From a virus (Duplodnaviria; Heunggongvirae; Uroviricota; Caudoviricetes), in the IMG/VR virus record IMGVR_UViG_2671181064_000003: a stretch of 24,754 nucleotides of DNA; one strand, 5' to 3'. Position 1 is the stretch's first letter. Every line of letters starts with the position of its first letter. Under the pieces are notes generated by a model. That model was not told where the DNA came from. It did not search any database and was given only the letters and a program-made list of their open reading frames with translations. The position numbers were made by a program, and so were the translations under genes. Below are positions 9,471-23,584 of this stretch, piece by piece.

Positions 9471-10169
9471 TTACTGCGAAAGTTTGTTAATGGAAAGGAA
9501 GCCGCCAAAGTTGCCGACGTTATTGCGAAACTTACAGCCACTCAGGCATTTGCTGCATTTATCCTTCGTGATGTCGGACGTTGGCTGGTCATATTCATCC
9601 GCGACCGCCGGACCGTGATAACCGCACTCATCGCCGCGATAGGTCCAGGTGCAGGTGTTGGCCAGCATGATACGTCCCGGAAAAACAGCGCCATCTGTTT
9701 CCGTCGGCGTGGACAGTACAAAAGAGGCACTCACCGCGCTCAGTTCGCTGCACTGCTCAATGCGCCAGCGGCTGATCACCTCCTGCTCCGGATCGGCGTC
9801 ACTGTTTCCGTTGACGAAGTTCACCGCATCCAGAAAACGGGCGTAAACCTTACGCCGGACCACCGTTCCGCCGACCAGACTCTGTAGATCTTCCGCCATC
9901 CCGGTGACCATACCGTACAGGTTAGAAACCATCAGCGTGGGGCGCGTACTGGTGCCTTTGCCATTCAGTTCAAAACCACTCCCCTGAATGGGATACGGCT
10001 GATACTGTCGCCCCTGCCAGGTGACCGGCTCACCTTTTTCGTTCTGCTCATTACAGAAAAAATAACGTTCTCCACCGACCTCTGTCAGATCGATTTCCCA
10101 GAGCACCACGCTGGCCGACTGCTCCGCACGGGTGCATTCATTCAGTGTTTCCTGCCGGATATCCTGCAT
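9471..10169 (-). CDS. L: Minor tail protein L
   Basis: 232-aa ORF MQDIRQETLNECTRAEQSASVVLWEIDLTEVGGERYFFCNEQ... matching lambda gpL. Confidence 0.93.
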   Translation of the reverse strand: MQDIRQETLNECTRAEQSASVVLWEIDLTEVGGERYFFCNEQNEKGEPVTWQGRQYQPYPIQGSGFELNGKGTSTRPTLMVSNLYGMVTGMAEDLQSLVGGTVVRRKVYARFLDAVNFVNGNSDADPEQEVISRWRIEQCSELSAVSASFVLSTPTETDGAVFPGRIMLANTCTWTYRGDECGYHGPAVADEYDQPTSDITKDKCSKCLSGCKFRNNVGNFGGFLSINKLSQ

Positions 10170-10498
10170 CAGTTCACCACCTGTTCAAACTCTGCGCTGA
10201 ACTCAACACGCAGCATACTGACCCGCGACGACCATTTTGCGCAGGTCACCTTTATCTGCCGCCACTCATAAGGCGGCGTCCACAGAAAGGCTTTCCAGCC
10301 CCCGTGCTCTTCCAGAAACGACTCCAGTACCATGGCCTCCTCACGGGGGACAGAAAGCGTCACGCTGTACGTTTTCAGGTTGGCATTCAGCCCGGCAGGC
10401 GCTCGCTGGGAATAGCCATCACCAAAGCGCACCTTTCTTACAGAAGGGGCCGAAGCCACATCCATACCGGGTTTCACTTTCCAGCGGAAGGTTTTCAT
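10169..10498 (-). CDS. M: Minor tail protein M
   Basis: 109-aa ORF MKTFRWKVKPGMDVASAPSVRKVRFGDGYSQRAP... matching lambda gpM. Confidence 0.93.
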   Translation of the reverse strand: MKTFRWKVKPGMDVASAPSVRKVRFGDGYSQRAPAGLNANLKTYSVTLSVPREEAMVLESFLEEHGGWKAFLWTPPYEWRQIKVTCAKWSSRVSMLRVEFSAEFEQVVN

Positions 10499-13056
10499 CG
10501 TCCACCTCCGGAGAACAGGCCACCATCACGCATCTGTGTCTGAATTTCATCACGGGCACCCTTGCGGGCCATGTCATACACGGCCTTCATCATCTGTGGA
10601 CCTGGCAGACCATTCGTACCGTCGTTCTGAATCACCACGTGATTGTTCTGATTAAAATTAATGCCTTCAGCCCGCCGCATCTGCGCCGGACTTCCGGCAC
10701 CGCCCACATAACCACCTTCCGCATAGCCGCGCATCAGCCGGTAGAGATTCCCCACGCCAATCCGGCTGGTTGCCTCCTTCGTGAAGACAAATTCACCACG
10801 GTGAACAATCCCCGCTGGCTCATATTTGCCGCCGGTTCCCGTAAATCCCCCGGTTGCAAAATGGAATTTCACCGCAGCGGCCTGAATGGCTGTACCACCT
10901 GACGCGGATGCGCCGCCACCAACAGCCCCGCCAATGGCGCTGCCGATACTCCCGACAATCCCCACCATTGCCTGCTTAAGCAGAATTTCTGTCATCATGG
11001 ACAGCACGGAGCGGGTGAAGCTGCGCCAGTTCTGTTCACTGCCGGTCAGCATCGCCGCCATATTCTGTGCAATACCATCAAAGGTCTGCGTGGCTGCACT
11101 TTTAACCTGTGACATACTGTCCGTGGCGCTCTCTTCCCACTCACTCCAGCCGGACTTCAGGCCTGCCATCCAGCTCCCGCGAAGCTGGTCTTCAGCCGCC
11201 CAGGTCTTTTTCTGCTCTGACATGACGTTATTCAGCGCCAGAGGATTATCGCCATACTGTTCCTTCAGGCGCTGTTCCGTGGCTTCCCGCGCTGCCTGCC
11301 GGTCAGTCAGCCCCCGGTTTTTCGCATCAATGGCTGCCCGTTTTGCCCGTTGCTGCTGTGCGAATTTATCCGCCTGCTGCGCCAGCGCATTCAGGTGCTC
11401 CTGATACGTAACCTTGTCACCAAGTGCAGCCAGCTGGCGTTTGTACTCCAGCGTCTCGTCTTTATGCGCCAGCAGGGATTTCTCCTGTGCGGACAGCTGG
11501 CGACGTTGTGCCGCCTCCTCCAGTACCGCGAACTGACTTTCTGCCTTCCACAAATCCCGGCGCTGCTGGCTGATTTTCTCATTCGCTCCGGCATGCTTCT
11601 CCAGCGTCCGGAGTTCTGCCTGAAGCGTCAGCAGGGCCGCATGAGCACTGTCTTCCTGACGATCGCCCGCATACACCTTCACGCCGGACTGTTTCGGCTT
11701 TTTCAGCGTCGCTTCATAATCCTTTTTCGCCGCCGCCATCAGCGTGTTGTAATCTGCCTGCAGGATTTTTCCGTCTTTCAGTGCCTTGTTCAGTTCTTCC
11801 TGACGGGCGGTATATTTCTCCAGCGGCGTCTGCAGCCGTTCGTAAGCCTTCTGCGCCTCTTCGGTATATTTCAGCCGTGACGCTTCGGTATCGCTCTGCT
11901 GCTGCGCATTTTTGTCCTGTTGACGCTGTTGATCTACCCTCTTTTGGGCTGCATCCCGCTCCAGGCGTTTTTTTTCACGATCATCCCAGTAACGCGCCCG
12001 TGCTTCATCGTTAACGAAATAATCATCCTTGCGCAGATTCCAGATGTCGTCTGCTTTCTTAAACGCAGCCTCTGCCTTAATCAGCATCTCCTGCGCGGTA
12101 TCAGGACGACCAATATCCAGCACCGCATCCCACATGGATTTGAATGCACGTGCAGTCCTGTCTGCCCAGGTCTCCAGCGTGCCCATGTTCTCTTTCAGGC
12201 GGCGGGTCTGGTCATCAAACCCTTTCGTTGCGGCCTCGTTCGCCGCCTGCAATGCCCCGGCTTCATCGCCGGAACGCTGCAACTGAGCAACATACGCAAT
12301 CTGCTCCGCCGTCACGTTATGGAACTGGCGTGCCATCGCCGTCAGCCCCGACGTCGGGTCTGTGGTCAGCTTCCCGAAGGCTTCAGCGACCTTGTCCACC
12401 TCCACGCCGGATGCATAGGAGAAACGCGCCACACTCTGGCTGATGGACGCAATCTGAGCCTCACCGCTTACCCCCGCCTTAACCAGTGCGCTGAGTGACT
12501 CGCTGGTCTGGTTAAACGTCAGCCCTGCCGCCTGCCCGGCTCTGGACAGGACCAGCATACGATCTGCCGTCAGTCCCGCCTGATTACCGGAAAGGACCAG
12601 CGTTTTGTTGAAATCGGACAGGGTTGAGTTGCCCTGATACCAGGCATACGCCAGCGCACCGGTCGCCACCGCCAGCGAGGTGGCCCCCACCATCGGCAGG
12701 GTGATCGCGCCGGCAAGCCCCCTGAACATGGGGATCATCCCGCCGAAGGAGTCCTTAACCTGACCACCCTGTTGCAGCAGGATCAGCCAGGGATTCTGCC
12801 CCCCTGCAAGCTGCGTGGCCACGTCGGTGAACTGTGCAGGCAGCATACGCATGGCGGCTTTATACTGCCCGACGGAAATCCCCGCTTTCTGTGCAGCCAG
12901 CGCCTGTCGGCTCAGCGACTGTTCAACGACTGCCGCTGTTTTTTTCGCATCACTTTCCGTACCGGAAAAATGACGCCTGACTCTGGCCATCTGCTCGTCA
13001 AATCTGGCCGCATCCAGACTCAAATCAACGACCAGATCGCCTACCGGTTCAGCCAT
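10495..13056 (-). CDS. H: Tail tape measure protein H
   Basis: 853-aa ORF, same length as lambda gpH, with coiled-coil-rich middle and Gly-rich C-terminus. Position is between GT and M. Confidence 0.93.
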   Translation of the reverse strand: MAEPVGDLVVDLSLDAARFDEQMARVRRHFSGTESDAKKTAAVVEQSLSRQALAAQKAGISVGQYKAAMRMLPAQFTDVATQLAGGQNPWLILLQQGGQVKDSFGGMIPMFRGLAGAITLPMVGATSLAVATGALAYAWYQGNSTLSDFNKTLVLSGNQAGLTADRMLVLSRAGQAAGLTFNQTSESLSALVKAGVSGEAQIASISQSVARFSYASGVEVDKVAEAFGKLTTDPTSGLTAMARQFHNVTAEQIAYVAQLQRSGDEAGALQAANEAATKGFDDQTRRLKENMGTLETWADRTARAFKSMWDAVLDIGRPDTAQEMLIKAEAAFKKADDIWNLRKDDYFVNDEARARYWDDREKKRLERDAAQKRVDQQRQQDKNAQQQSDTEASRLKYTEEAQKAYERLQTPLEKYTARQEELNKALKDGKILQADYNTLMAAAKKDYEATLKKPKQSGVKVYAGDRQEDSAHAALLTLQAELRTLEKHAGANEKISQQRRDLWKAESQFAVLEEAAQRRQLSAQEKSLLAHKDETLEYKRQLAALGDKVTYQEHLNALAQQADKFAQQQRAKRAAIDAKNRGLTDRQAAREATEQRLKEQYGDNPLALNNVMSEQKKTWAAEDQLRGSWMAGLKSGWSEWEESATDSMSQVKSAATQTFDGIAQNMAAMLTGSEQNWRSFTRSVLSMMTEILLKQAMVGIVGSIGSAIGGAVGGGASASGGTAIQAAAVKFHFATGGFTGTGGKYEPAGIVHRGEFVFTKEATSRIGVGNLYRLMRGYAEGGYVGGAGSPAQMRRAEGINFNQNNHVVIQNDGTNGLPGPQMMKAVYDMARKGARDEIQTQMRDGGLFSGGGR

Positions 13057-13887
13057 ACCGGACTCCTCCTGCGATCCCTTCTGATACTGTCATCAGCATT
13101 ACGTCATCCTCCGTCATGTCCGCCACATCCGGGGAAGCGGGGATAACTTCATTCCCGTCCGGGCCAAAGCGGACACCTCCGGCAAGCCCTGCCGCTTTCT
13201 GCATCAGCACATCATCTTCAGGCTCTTCGTCAGCCTCGCGCCGGTTCAGCAGACTGAAATCCAGCGGATGCATCTCCGGATCGCTGAAAAACAGGCTGAG
13301 CACGGTGTACGTCAGCCCGGAAAAGTGCATATCCAGCAGAACATCATGAAAATAATGGGTACTGTAAAAGCGGTGCCAGTCGGCATACTCCGTGGATGAC
13401 ATCCCGGCAAGCATGGCGCGCCAGTCGGGTCGCCCCATCTCACGCGCCAGTTTCAGGGCAAAACTCAGCTCACCGTCGAACACTTTCCCGCAGAAACAGG
13501 CTCTGCAGGCCCGGCGTCCTCTGCCTGTTCAGGAGCATCATTCACCACAAACTCATACATACCGGACAGCCGGTACACCACGTTTTCAGCATGAGAAATT
13601 GCCTCTGTGGGCCAGGTGGTAAGCACTTCCTGCTCAATCTGTTTAACGGCTTCATTCATGGACGGCATCTGCGTCTTCTTCGGATGGTTATGCCACAGGG
13701 ACATCGCAACCACAAAAGCGCCGGTTCTGATGGCGTCTTCCACAGTAAACTTCCGGTTGCTGTCTGACTCCGCCTGTTCTGCCTGCCGTTTCATCAGGTC
13801 GAGATGCTCAATACGCTGCAGGGCTGACAGTTCAGAAAGCGTGACGGTCACACCGTTATGTTCAAATGATTCGGTTTTCAGGAACAT
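13049..13887 (-). CDS. T: Tail assembly chaperone GT fusion product, made by -1 programmed ribosomal frameshift from G into T
   Basis: T-frame ORF 13049..13483 (MFDGELSFALKLAREMGRPDWRAMLAGMSS...) overlaps the 3' end of G. The slippery heptamer GGGAAAG (reverse complement of 13483-13489) is at the overlap, as in lambda G/GT. Confidence 0.85.
13465..13887 (-). CDS. G: Tail assembly chaperone G
   Basis: 140-aa ORF MFLKTESFEHNGVTVTLSELSALQRIEHLDLMKRQAEQ... matching lambda gpG. Confidence 0.93.
   Translation of the reverse strand: MFLKTESFEHNGVTVTLSELSALQRIEHLDLMKRQAEQAESDSNRKFTVEDAIRTGAFVVAMSLWHNHPKKTQMPSMNEAVKQIEQEVLTTWPTEAISHAENVVYRLSGMYEFVVNDAPEQAEDAGPAEPVSAGKCSTVS
13483..13489 (-). promoter_or_regulatory. 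-1 programmed ribosomal frameshift slippery site (G GGA AAG) for G to GT
   Basis: Plus strand reads CTTTCCC at 13483-13489, reverse complement GGGAAAG, at the G/T overlap. Confidence 0.8.
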
Positions 13888-13902
13888 CGCTGACTCTCCG
13901 GA

Positions 13903-14643
13903 TTAACTGGCGGTGACGTTGATTTCTGCAACCGCAGCAAACTCACCATTACCAGATACGACCGGAATGTTGACCTTGCCTGCAGCAACACCTTTCACGG
14001 TGATGGTCATACCACTGACCGACACGGTGGCTTTTGTTTTATCCGCAGACACCGCACGGAAGCTCTTGTCGGTTGCGCCATCCGGCTGGAATGCCACGGT
14101 CAGCGTGGTGCTCTGCCCTTTCACTACGGAAGCACTGGCGGGTGTCACCGTCATGCCGGTCGTCGCCGTCACCGTGCTGCGATCTTCTGCCATCGACGGA
14201 CGTCCCACATTGGTGACCTTCACCGTGCGGGTAATCACCTCCTTCGCCGTCACCGCCTTACCGATACTGCTGACCCAGCCACGGAACACATCGACCGTGC
14301 CGTTCGGGAAGCGGATTTTATAGGCACGGGTATCACCTTCATTAAACCACGCCAGCAGCGCCTGCTGCCCCTGCTCTCCGGGCATCCACGCCAGCGTGAA
14401 GCTGGTATCTCCGGCAGATTTCTGCCCCTGCCCGGTCGCAGTCCAGTCTGCATCTTCATCATCGAGATAGCTGTCGTCATAGGACTCAGCGGTCAGTTCG
14501 CCGGGCGTCAGGTCTTTAACTTTTGCCAGACGCGACCAGTCAACGTCTGAAAGCGGGTTCGCATAAGGGTCACCGCTCCCCTTATAAACCCACAGGGTGG
14601 TCCCGGCACCTTTCACCGGCATTGTAGGATTTGGTACAGGCAT
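13903..14643 (-). CDS. V: Major tail tube protein V
   Basis: ORF 13903..14673 contains [36 protein letters not shown]... Start placed at the ATG (14641-14643) matching the lambda gpV N-terminus (246 aa). Confidence 0.93.
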   Translation of the reverse strand: MPVPNPTMPVKGAGTTLWVYKGSGDPYANPLSDVDWSRLAKVKDLTPGELTAESYDDSYLDDEDADWTATGQGQKSAGDTSFTLAWMPGEQGQQALLAWFNEGDTRAYKIRFPNGTVDVFRGWVSSIGKAVTAKEVITRTVKVTNVGRPSMAEDRSTVTATTGMTVTPASASVVKGQSTTLTVAFQPDGATDKSFRAVSADKTKATVSVSGMTITVKGVAAGKVNIPVVSGNGEFAAVAEINVTAS

Positions 14644-14650
14644 AGCGTCC

Positions 14651-15046
14651 TCACATTTCATAGATAATGACATAAGTCAGATCGGCTGAACTCCACAGGC
14701 CCGCATCATCGTCGCGCCGGTAGTCATAGCCGCTGGCCACCATACTGGTGATCAAATCTGACAGTGCCGGGATATCGCTCATCACAGGATAAATCCGGGA
14801 CTCCATCCACGAATCCAGCTCTGAATCCGGCACCTGAGCAGGCAGGAAAACTTCAATATGCAGCTCCGCCTGCCAGGTATCGCTGTCCAGCTCTTCGCCC
14901 GTGTATTCAGCGCCGGTGAGATAAACGGCAATTGCCGGAAAATCTTCCTCATCAAAAACAGCGGGGCGACCATCAAAAAGCGTCGCCCCGGTGTCATGCT
15001 TCTCCAGTGCATCCAGTACGGCTGCACGGAGTTCAGTATGTTTCAT
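14651..15046 (-). CDS. U: Tail terminator protein U
   Basis: 131-aa [40 protein letters not shown]... matching lambda gpU. Confidence 0.93.
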   Translation of the reverse strand: MKHTELRAAVLDALEKHDTGATLFDGRPAVFDEEDFPAIAVYLTGAEYTGEELDSDTWQAELHIEVFLPAQVPDSELDSWMESRIYPVMSDIPALSDLITSMVASGYDYRRDDDAGLWSSADLTYVIIYEM

Positions 15047-15621
15047 CGCTTTATTACCATTCTCAGTTGATGCTGCAGCGCATAGCCCAGCTCTTTCGGA
15101 AGACGTTCACGCCGTATCCGTTCAATATTCTGTTTAAACGCCGTGGTCAGCGGCACCGCCATCGGGATTTTCACCACATCAATGGGGTAACGGTTTTTCC
15201 CGGCCACACGCTGCATAACATGCCACCGGCCGTTTTTCAGTTGCTGAATAAACGCGCCGGGAATACGACGGTTACCCACCACAAGCACGCTGCCGCCACC
15301 TTTCAGGGATGAACGCTGCCCCTTTTTATGACGCCTGCGGCGGGACAGGACAACCCGCGCATTACCCAGCTTGATTACGGGCAAATCCCCCCGGTTAACT
15401 TTGATTCTGGCCTGCGGATTTTTGACCGTGGCCCTTTTCAGCCTGGCCCTTTCCTTTACCAGTTTCCGGCGTACCTTTGTCTCACGGGCAACCTGTGACG
15501 CAGACTGCGATATCGCGGATGAAGCAACGCGGTTAATGGCCATTGCGGCGGCACCGGGCACCGCCGTTTTGCTGATACGGCTGAGGTTTTCAACGGCCTG
15601 CTCAAGACCTTTTATGGCCAT
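15043..15621 (-). CDS. Z: Tail completion protein Z
   Basis: 192-aa ORF MAIKGLEQAVENLSRISKTAVPGAAAMAINRVASS... matching lambda gpZ. Confidence 0.92.
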   Translation of the reverse strand: MAIKGLEQAVENLSRISKTAVPGAAAMAINRVASSAISQSASQVARETKVRRKLVKERARLKRATVKNPQARIKVNRGDLPVIKLGNARVVLSRRRRHKKGQRSSLKGGGSVLVVGNRRIPGAFIQQLKNGRWHVMQRVAGKNRYPIDVVKIPMAVPLTTAFKQNIERIRRERLPKELGYALQHQLRMVIKR

Positions 15622-15632
15622 ACATCCCCCTT

Positions 15633-15986
15633 TCAGCGGCGACGGTTAACGGCAGGCGGTACGCCCCGTCCAAGCCAGAGATGACAACTTCCGCCATCAT
15701 CCGGCGAAACCCGATCTACCCAGAAATTTTCCTCACCGATGGTCAGCGTGTCTCCACGCCGCAGCTGCCGCACCTCATCAGTCCGGACAAACAGGGACGG
15801 GCTGGAGCCTTCAACGCGCACGCCCTGTCCGGCATAGCTGATATTTTCAGGGTCATCAAAAACACCACGTATCACCTCACCTGACTGCTCACCGGATGTC
15901 ATGGTGGCTGACGTTCCCATGTACCCGCGTATCGTTTCATCGGCGCGGGCAATGGCAGCATCGAACAGGTTATCGAAATCAGCCAC
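15633..15986 (-). CDS. FII: Head-tail joining protein FII
   Basis: 117-aa ORF MADFDNLFDAAIARADETIRGYMGTSATMTSGEQ... matching lambda gpFII. Confidence 0.92.
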   Translation of the reverse strand: MADFDNLFDAAIARADETIRGYMGTSATMTSGEQSGEVIRGVFDDPENISYAGQGVRVEGSSPSLFVRTDEVRQLRRGDTLTIGEENFWVDRVSPDDGGSCHLWLGRGVPPAVNRRR

Positions 15987-15997
15987 AGCGCCTCCCG

Positions 15998-16396
15998 TTA
16001 TTGCATTCTGGCCAGGCCGCGCTCTGTCATTTCGGCTGCCACACCGGCAGAGACACGAAACGCCGTTCCCGGCAGCACAAATGCCACAGGTTTATCCCGC
16101 GTGGCGTGAAGTGCATCAGTATGCAGCGTCACCAGTGCCACGACCGTGACCAGTTCAGCCGTATCCTGAATCACGGTATCCGGCTGCGCTGATACCACCT
16201 CATTTTCATGCCCGGTCAGCACATTTTCCCGGCTGAGAGGGGTGTCCTGACCGGCAGTTTCATCCGTGTCATCAAGCTCTTCTTCCAGCTCTGCCACACG
16301 AAGCGCCAGTTCTTCTTTCGTTCCCGTCAAACTGACATCGCGGTTCAATTGCTCACCCAGCTCCTGAAGACGGGCAATCAGTTCATCTTTCGTCAT
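15998..16396 (-). CDS. FI: DNA packaging protein FI
   Basis: ORF 15998..16435 contains MTKDELIARLQELGEQLNRDVSLTGTKEELALRVAELEE... Start placed at the ATG (16394-16396) matching lambda gpFI (132 aa). Confidence 0.9.
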   Translation of the reverse strand: MTKDELIARLQELGEQLNRDVSLTGTKEELALRVAELEEELDDTDETAGQDTPLSRENVLTGHENEVVSAQPDTVIQDTAELVTVVALVTLHTDALHATRDKPVAFVLPGTAFRVSAGVAAEMTERGLARMQ

Positions 16397-16437
16397 GAAC
16401 TCCTCCACAGAGAGAAAATGGCCCCGAAGGGCCATGA

Positions 16438-17463
16438 TTACGCCAGTTGAACGGACACGAACTCATCAGGATCAGCCAGCAGCATCAGCGGTGCTGACTG
16501 AATCATGGTGAACTCACGCGCCGGATCGCCGGTGGTCACCCAGTTTTTCGGGTAACGGGCAGAAGCGTTAATGCCTTCGCGCTGTGCGTCCGCATCCTGA
16601 ATGCAGCCATAGGTGCGCAGACCGCGAGCCTGAGTGTTCCCCAGCACCATCGTGTTGTCCGGCAGGAAGTTCTTTTTGACGCCGTTTTCCACGTACTGTC
16701 CGGAATACACGACGATGGCCACATCGCCATACATTCCCTTATAGGACACCGCTTTGCCCAGGTCTTTTACCGCTGTCTCCAGCTCGGAATGAGAGCCGCG
16801 ACGGGTATCCAGCTTCTCCTTGACGGCTTTGAAGGAACGGAACAGCGCCCAGCCTTTCGGGTCAAACACGATGATATTCACCACACCGCTGGCGTTCAGC
16901 GCGTAGGCTTCGATATCGTCGGTCGGGTCATACGTGGACTTGTCACGCTTGCTCCACTCCGTGACGCCGGACTGTGTGATGTTGTTCGCCGCACTGCGGC
17001 CCATATCCACCTCAACCGGATCGAAGGCTTCACCGGTCATGGTGTATTTGCCCTTGAGCACGGCAGAAACTGCCTGCATCTCTTCGACCTGAGCAATGGC
17101 CAGCTCTTCGTCACGCATGTTCTGCATGATGATGCGACGGCGGCGGTAAGCCGGGTCCGCCAGATTCTGCGGATCTTCATCCGGCAGGCGACGCAGGGTC
17201 ATCTGCGGATTCACCTCATGCTTGGGTTTGACATATCCCGGCGTAAATTCAGAGGTGGAGCCGCCACGGGAACGGATAACCTCACCGGAAACAATCGGCG
17301 AAACGTACAGCGCCATGTTTACCAGTCCCGGAATTTGTGAGAGATAGACTTTCTCCGTAGTGAAGGGATAGCTCTCACGGAAAAAGAGACGCAGAAACAG
17401 CGGATCAAACTTAAATTTCTGCTCATTTGCCGCCAGCAGCTGGGCGGTTGTGTACATCGACAT
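16438..17463 (-). CDS. E: Major capsid protein E
   Basis: ORF contains MSMYTTAQLLAANEQKFKFDPLFLRLFFRESYPFTTEKVYLSQIPGLVNMA... Start at the ATG (17461-17463) gives 341 aa as in lambda gpE. Confidence 0.95.
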   Translation of the reverse strand: MSMYTTAQLLAANEQKFKFDPLFLRLFFRESYPFTTEKVYLSQIPGLVNMALYVSPIVSGEVIRSRGGSTSEFTPGYVKPKHEVNPQMTLRRLPDEDPQNLADPAYRRRRIIMQNMRDEELAIAQVEEMQAVSAVLKGKYTMTGEAFDPVEVDMGRSAANNITQSGVTEWSKRDKSTYDPTDDIEAYALNASGVVNIIVFDPKGWALFRSFKAVKEKLDTRRGSHSELETAVKDLGKAVSYKGMYGDVAIVVYSGQYVENGVKKNFLPDNTMVLGNTQARGLRTYGCIQDADAQREGINASARYPKNWVTTGDPAREFTMIQSAPLMLLADPDEFVSVQLA

Positions 17464-17518
17464 AAAAAAATCCCGTAAAAAAAGCCACACAGGCGGCCTT
17501 TAGTGATGAAGGGTAAAG

Positions 17519-17851
17519 TTAAACGATGCTGATTGCCGTTCCGGCAAACACGGTCCGTTTTTTCGTCTCGTCGCTGGCAGCCTCCGGCCAGAGCACATCC
17601 TCATAACGGAACGTGCCGGACTTGTAGAACGTCAGTGTGGTGCTGGTCTGGTCAGCAGCAACCGCAAGAATGCCAACGGCAGCACCGTCGGTGGTGCCAT
17701 CCCACGCAACCAGCTTACGGGTGGAGGTGTCCAGCATCAGCGGGGTCATTGCAGGCGCTTTCGCACTCAATCCGCCGGGCGCGGTTGCGGTATGAGCCGG
17801 GTCACTATTGCCCAGCGGCTGGTAATGGGTAAAGGTTTCTTTGCTCGTCAT
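17519..17851 (-). CDS. D: Head decoration protein D
   Basis: ORF contains [43 protein letters not shown]... Start at the ATG (17849-17851) gives 110 aa as in lambda gpD. Confidence 0.93.
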   Translation of the reverse strand: MTSKETFTHYQPLGNSDPAHTATAPGGLSAKAPAMTPLMLDTSTRKLVAWDGTTDGAAVGILAVAADQTSTTLTFYKSGTFRYEDVLWPEAASDETKKRTVFAGTAISIV

Positions 17852-17860
17852 AAACATCCC

Positions 17861-18466
17861 TTACACTGGTGTGTTCAGCAAATCGTTAACGGCATCAGAT
17901 GCCGGGTTACCTGCAGCCAGCGGTGCCGGTGCCCCCTGCATCAGACGATCCAGCGCAGTGTCACTGCGCGTCTGTGCACTCTGTGGTGCTGCGGCCAGAA
18001 TACGGCGGGCCGTTTCCACGGTCATACCGGGGGTTTCGGCCAGCACGCGTGCCTGTTCTTCGCGTCCGTGAGCCTCCTCACAGTTGAGGATCCCCATAAT
18101 GCGACTGTTTTCTGCCGCAACCGCTGCGGTGATCTGCGCGTTCACGTCCGGCTGCGCCGCGCTGGCGTTCTCGCCCTCCGTCGCTTGCACCACGCCAGTA
18201 ACGTCAGCCTGCGAAGCAGTGGCTGAAACAGTTGTTGATTGAGTCTCTTTGGTCATTCGCCCTCCTGAGAGACGGGATTTACGTGCATCCAGTGCATCAC
18301 GCATGACGGTGATCGCATCGGTACTGTTAACAAGTTCATCAGCCAGTCCGGCATCAATGGCCTCCTGACCGCTGTACACTGCAGCCTCGGTATCCAGCAC
18401 AGCCTGCACGGACAGGCCGGTATATGCCGACACCTTCTGTGCAAACATCCGGCGGGTTGCATCCAT
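17861..18466 (-). CDS. Nu3: Scaffolding protein Nu3, translated in-frame from an internal start within C
   Basis: Internal ATG at 18464-18466 (MDATRRMFAQKVSAYTGLSVQ...) in the C frame, collinear with the lambda Nu3 position. Boundary taken by homology only. Confidence 0.7.
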   Translation of the reverse strand: MDATRRMFAQKVSAYTGLSVQAVLDTEAAVYSGQEAIDAGLADELVNSTDAITVMRDALDARKSRLSGGRMTKETQSTTVSATASQADVTGVVQATEGENASAAQPDVNAQITAAVAAENSRIMGILNCEEAHGREEQARVLAETPGMTVETARRILAAAPQSAQTRSDTALDRLMQGAPAPLAAGNPASDAVNDLLNTPV

Positions 18467-19160
18467 CCGGGACTGCAATGTTTCCCGGACATCATCCGGT
18501 AGATGGCTGTAGGGGTTGCCATCCACCTTATGGCTGCCGCTGTAAATCAGCGTGATTTCCACGCCCTGTTTCTCCAGTGCAGCGCCGTAATTACTGTGAG
18601 CCATCATGACGCCGATGGAGCCTGTCCGGGCGGTCTGCGTGACCAGACGCCGGGAGGCGGCACTGGCAAGCAGCTGACCTGCGCTGCAGTTCATGTCATT
18701 GGCCAGCGCCCATACCGGCTTTATGTCACGCACACGGGCGATGATGTCAGCGCAGTCAAATGCTCCCGCCACCATTCCGCCCGGTGTGTCCATATCGAGC
18801 AGAATGCCGTCCACCATCGGGTCGCTGGCAGCCTGTTGCAGACGGGCGATAATGCCGTTGTAACCGGTCATCCCCGAGTACGGCTGCAGCGCCCGCGTCC
18901 GGCTGACCAGCGTGCCGGACACCGGCAGCACGGCGATGCCGTTCATTACCTGATAACTGCGGGCCTGTCGTGGTCCGTCATCATCACCGGATAACGCCAG
19001 CGCCGCGGGTGCCTCTCCGGCAGTCAGGCTGTCGCCGGATACTGCATCCGTCAGGCAGCTGATCCCAAGCTGGCCTGCAAGCGCACAAAAGAAAACCCGC
19101 GCATAGGCGGGTTCAAGCATCAGCGGCTCATTAAAAGCCATGCTGGCAATATGCGGGAGA

Positions 19161-19180
<20 letters not shown>
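17861..19180 (-). CDS. C: Head maturation protease / scaffold protein C
   Basis: ORF contains VTAELRNLPHIASMAFNEPLMLEPAYARVFFCALAGQLGIS... matching lambda gpC (439 aa). The start appears to be GTG at 19178-19180, preceded by AGGAGG. Confidence 0.9.
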
Positions 19181-22861
<3,681 letters not shown>

Positions 22862-22887
<26 letters not shown>

Positions 22888-23407
22888 TCAGCAACCCCGG
22901 TATCAGTTCATCCAGCGCGGCTGCTTTGTTCATGGCTTTGATGATATCCCGTTTCAGGAAATCAACATGTCGGTTTTCCAGTTCCGGAAAACGCCGCTGC
23001 ACCGACAGGGGGATCCCGTCGAGAATACTGGCAATTTCACCTGCGATCCGCGACAGCACGAAAGTACAGAATGCGGTTTCCACCACTTCAGCGGAGTCTC
23101 TGGCATTTTTCAGCTCCTGTGCGTCGGCCTGCGCACGCGTAAGTCGATGGCGTTCGTACTCAATAGTCCCTGGCTGGAGATCTGTCTCGCTGGCCTGCCG
23201 CAGTTCTTCAACTTCCCGGCGCAGCTTTTCGTTCTCAATTTCAGCATCCCTTTCGGCATACCATCTTATAACGGCGGCAGAGTCATAAAGCACCTCATTA
23301 CCCTTGCCACCGCCTCGCAGAACGGGCATTCCCTGTTCCTGCCAGTTCTGAATGGTACGGATACTCGCACCGAAAATGTCAGCCAGCTGCTTTTTGTTGA
23401 CTTCCAT
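22862..23407 (-). CDS. Nu1: Terminase small subunit Nu1
   Basis: 181-aa ORF MEVNKKQLADIFGASIRTIQNWQEQGMPVLRGGGKGNEVLYDSAAVIRWYAERDAEIENEKLRREVEELRQ... matching lambda gpNu1. 3' end overlaps the A start. Confidence 0.95.
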
Positions 23408-23584
23408 TGTTCATTCCACGGACAAAAACAGAGAAAGGAAACGACAGAGGCCAAAAAGCCCGTTTTCAGCACCTGTCGTTTCCTTTCTTTTCAGGGGGTG
23501 TTTTAAATAAAAACATTAGGTTACGGCGAAGAAGAACGGAAACGCCTTAAACCGGAAAATTGTCATAAATAGCGAAAACCCGCG
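23408..23584 (-). promoter_or_regulatory. cosB region (terminase R-element and IHF-binding region) between cosN and Nu1
   Basis: Reverse complement is nearly identical to the lambda left end as I recall it (…CGCGGGTTTTCGCTATTTATGA…GGCGTTTCCGTTCTTCTTCG…GAAAGGAAACGACAGGTGCTG…CTGTCGTTTCCTTTCTCTG…), including the GTTTCC-type repeats. Confidence 0.7.

Noticed and set aside
9144-9887. 247-aa plus-strand ORF, and similar long plus-strand ORFs at 10237..10902, 11350..11880, 11920..12498 and 22060..22827
   Set aside because: All are antisense to lambda-homologous structural genes (K/L, M/H, H, A) and have no ribosome-binding sites or recognisable motifs.
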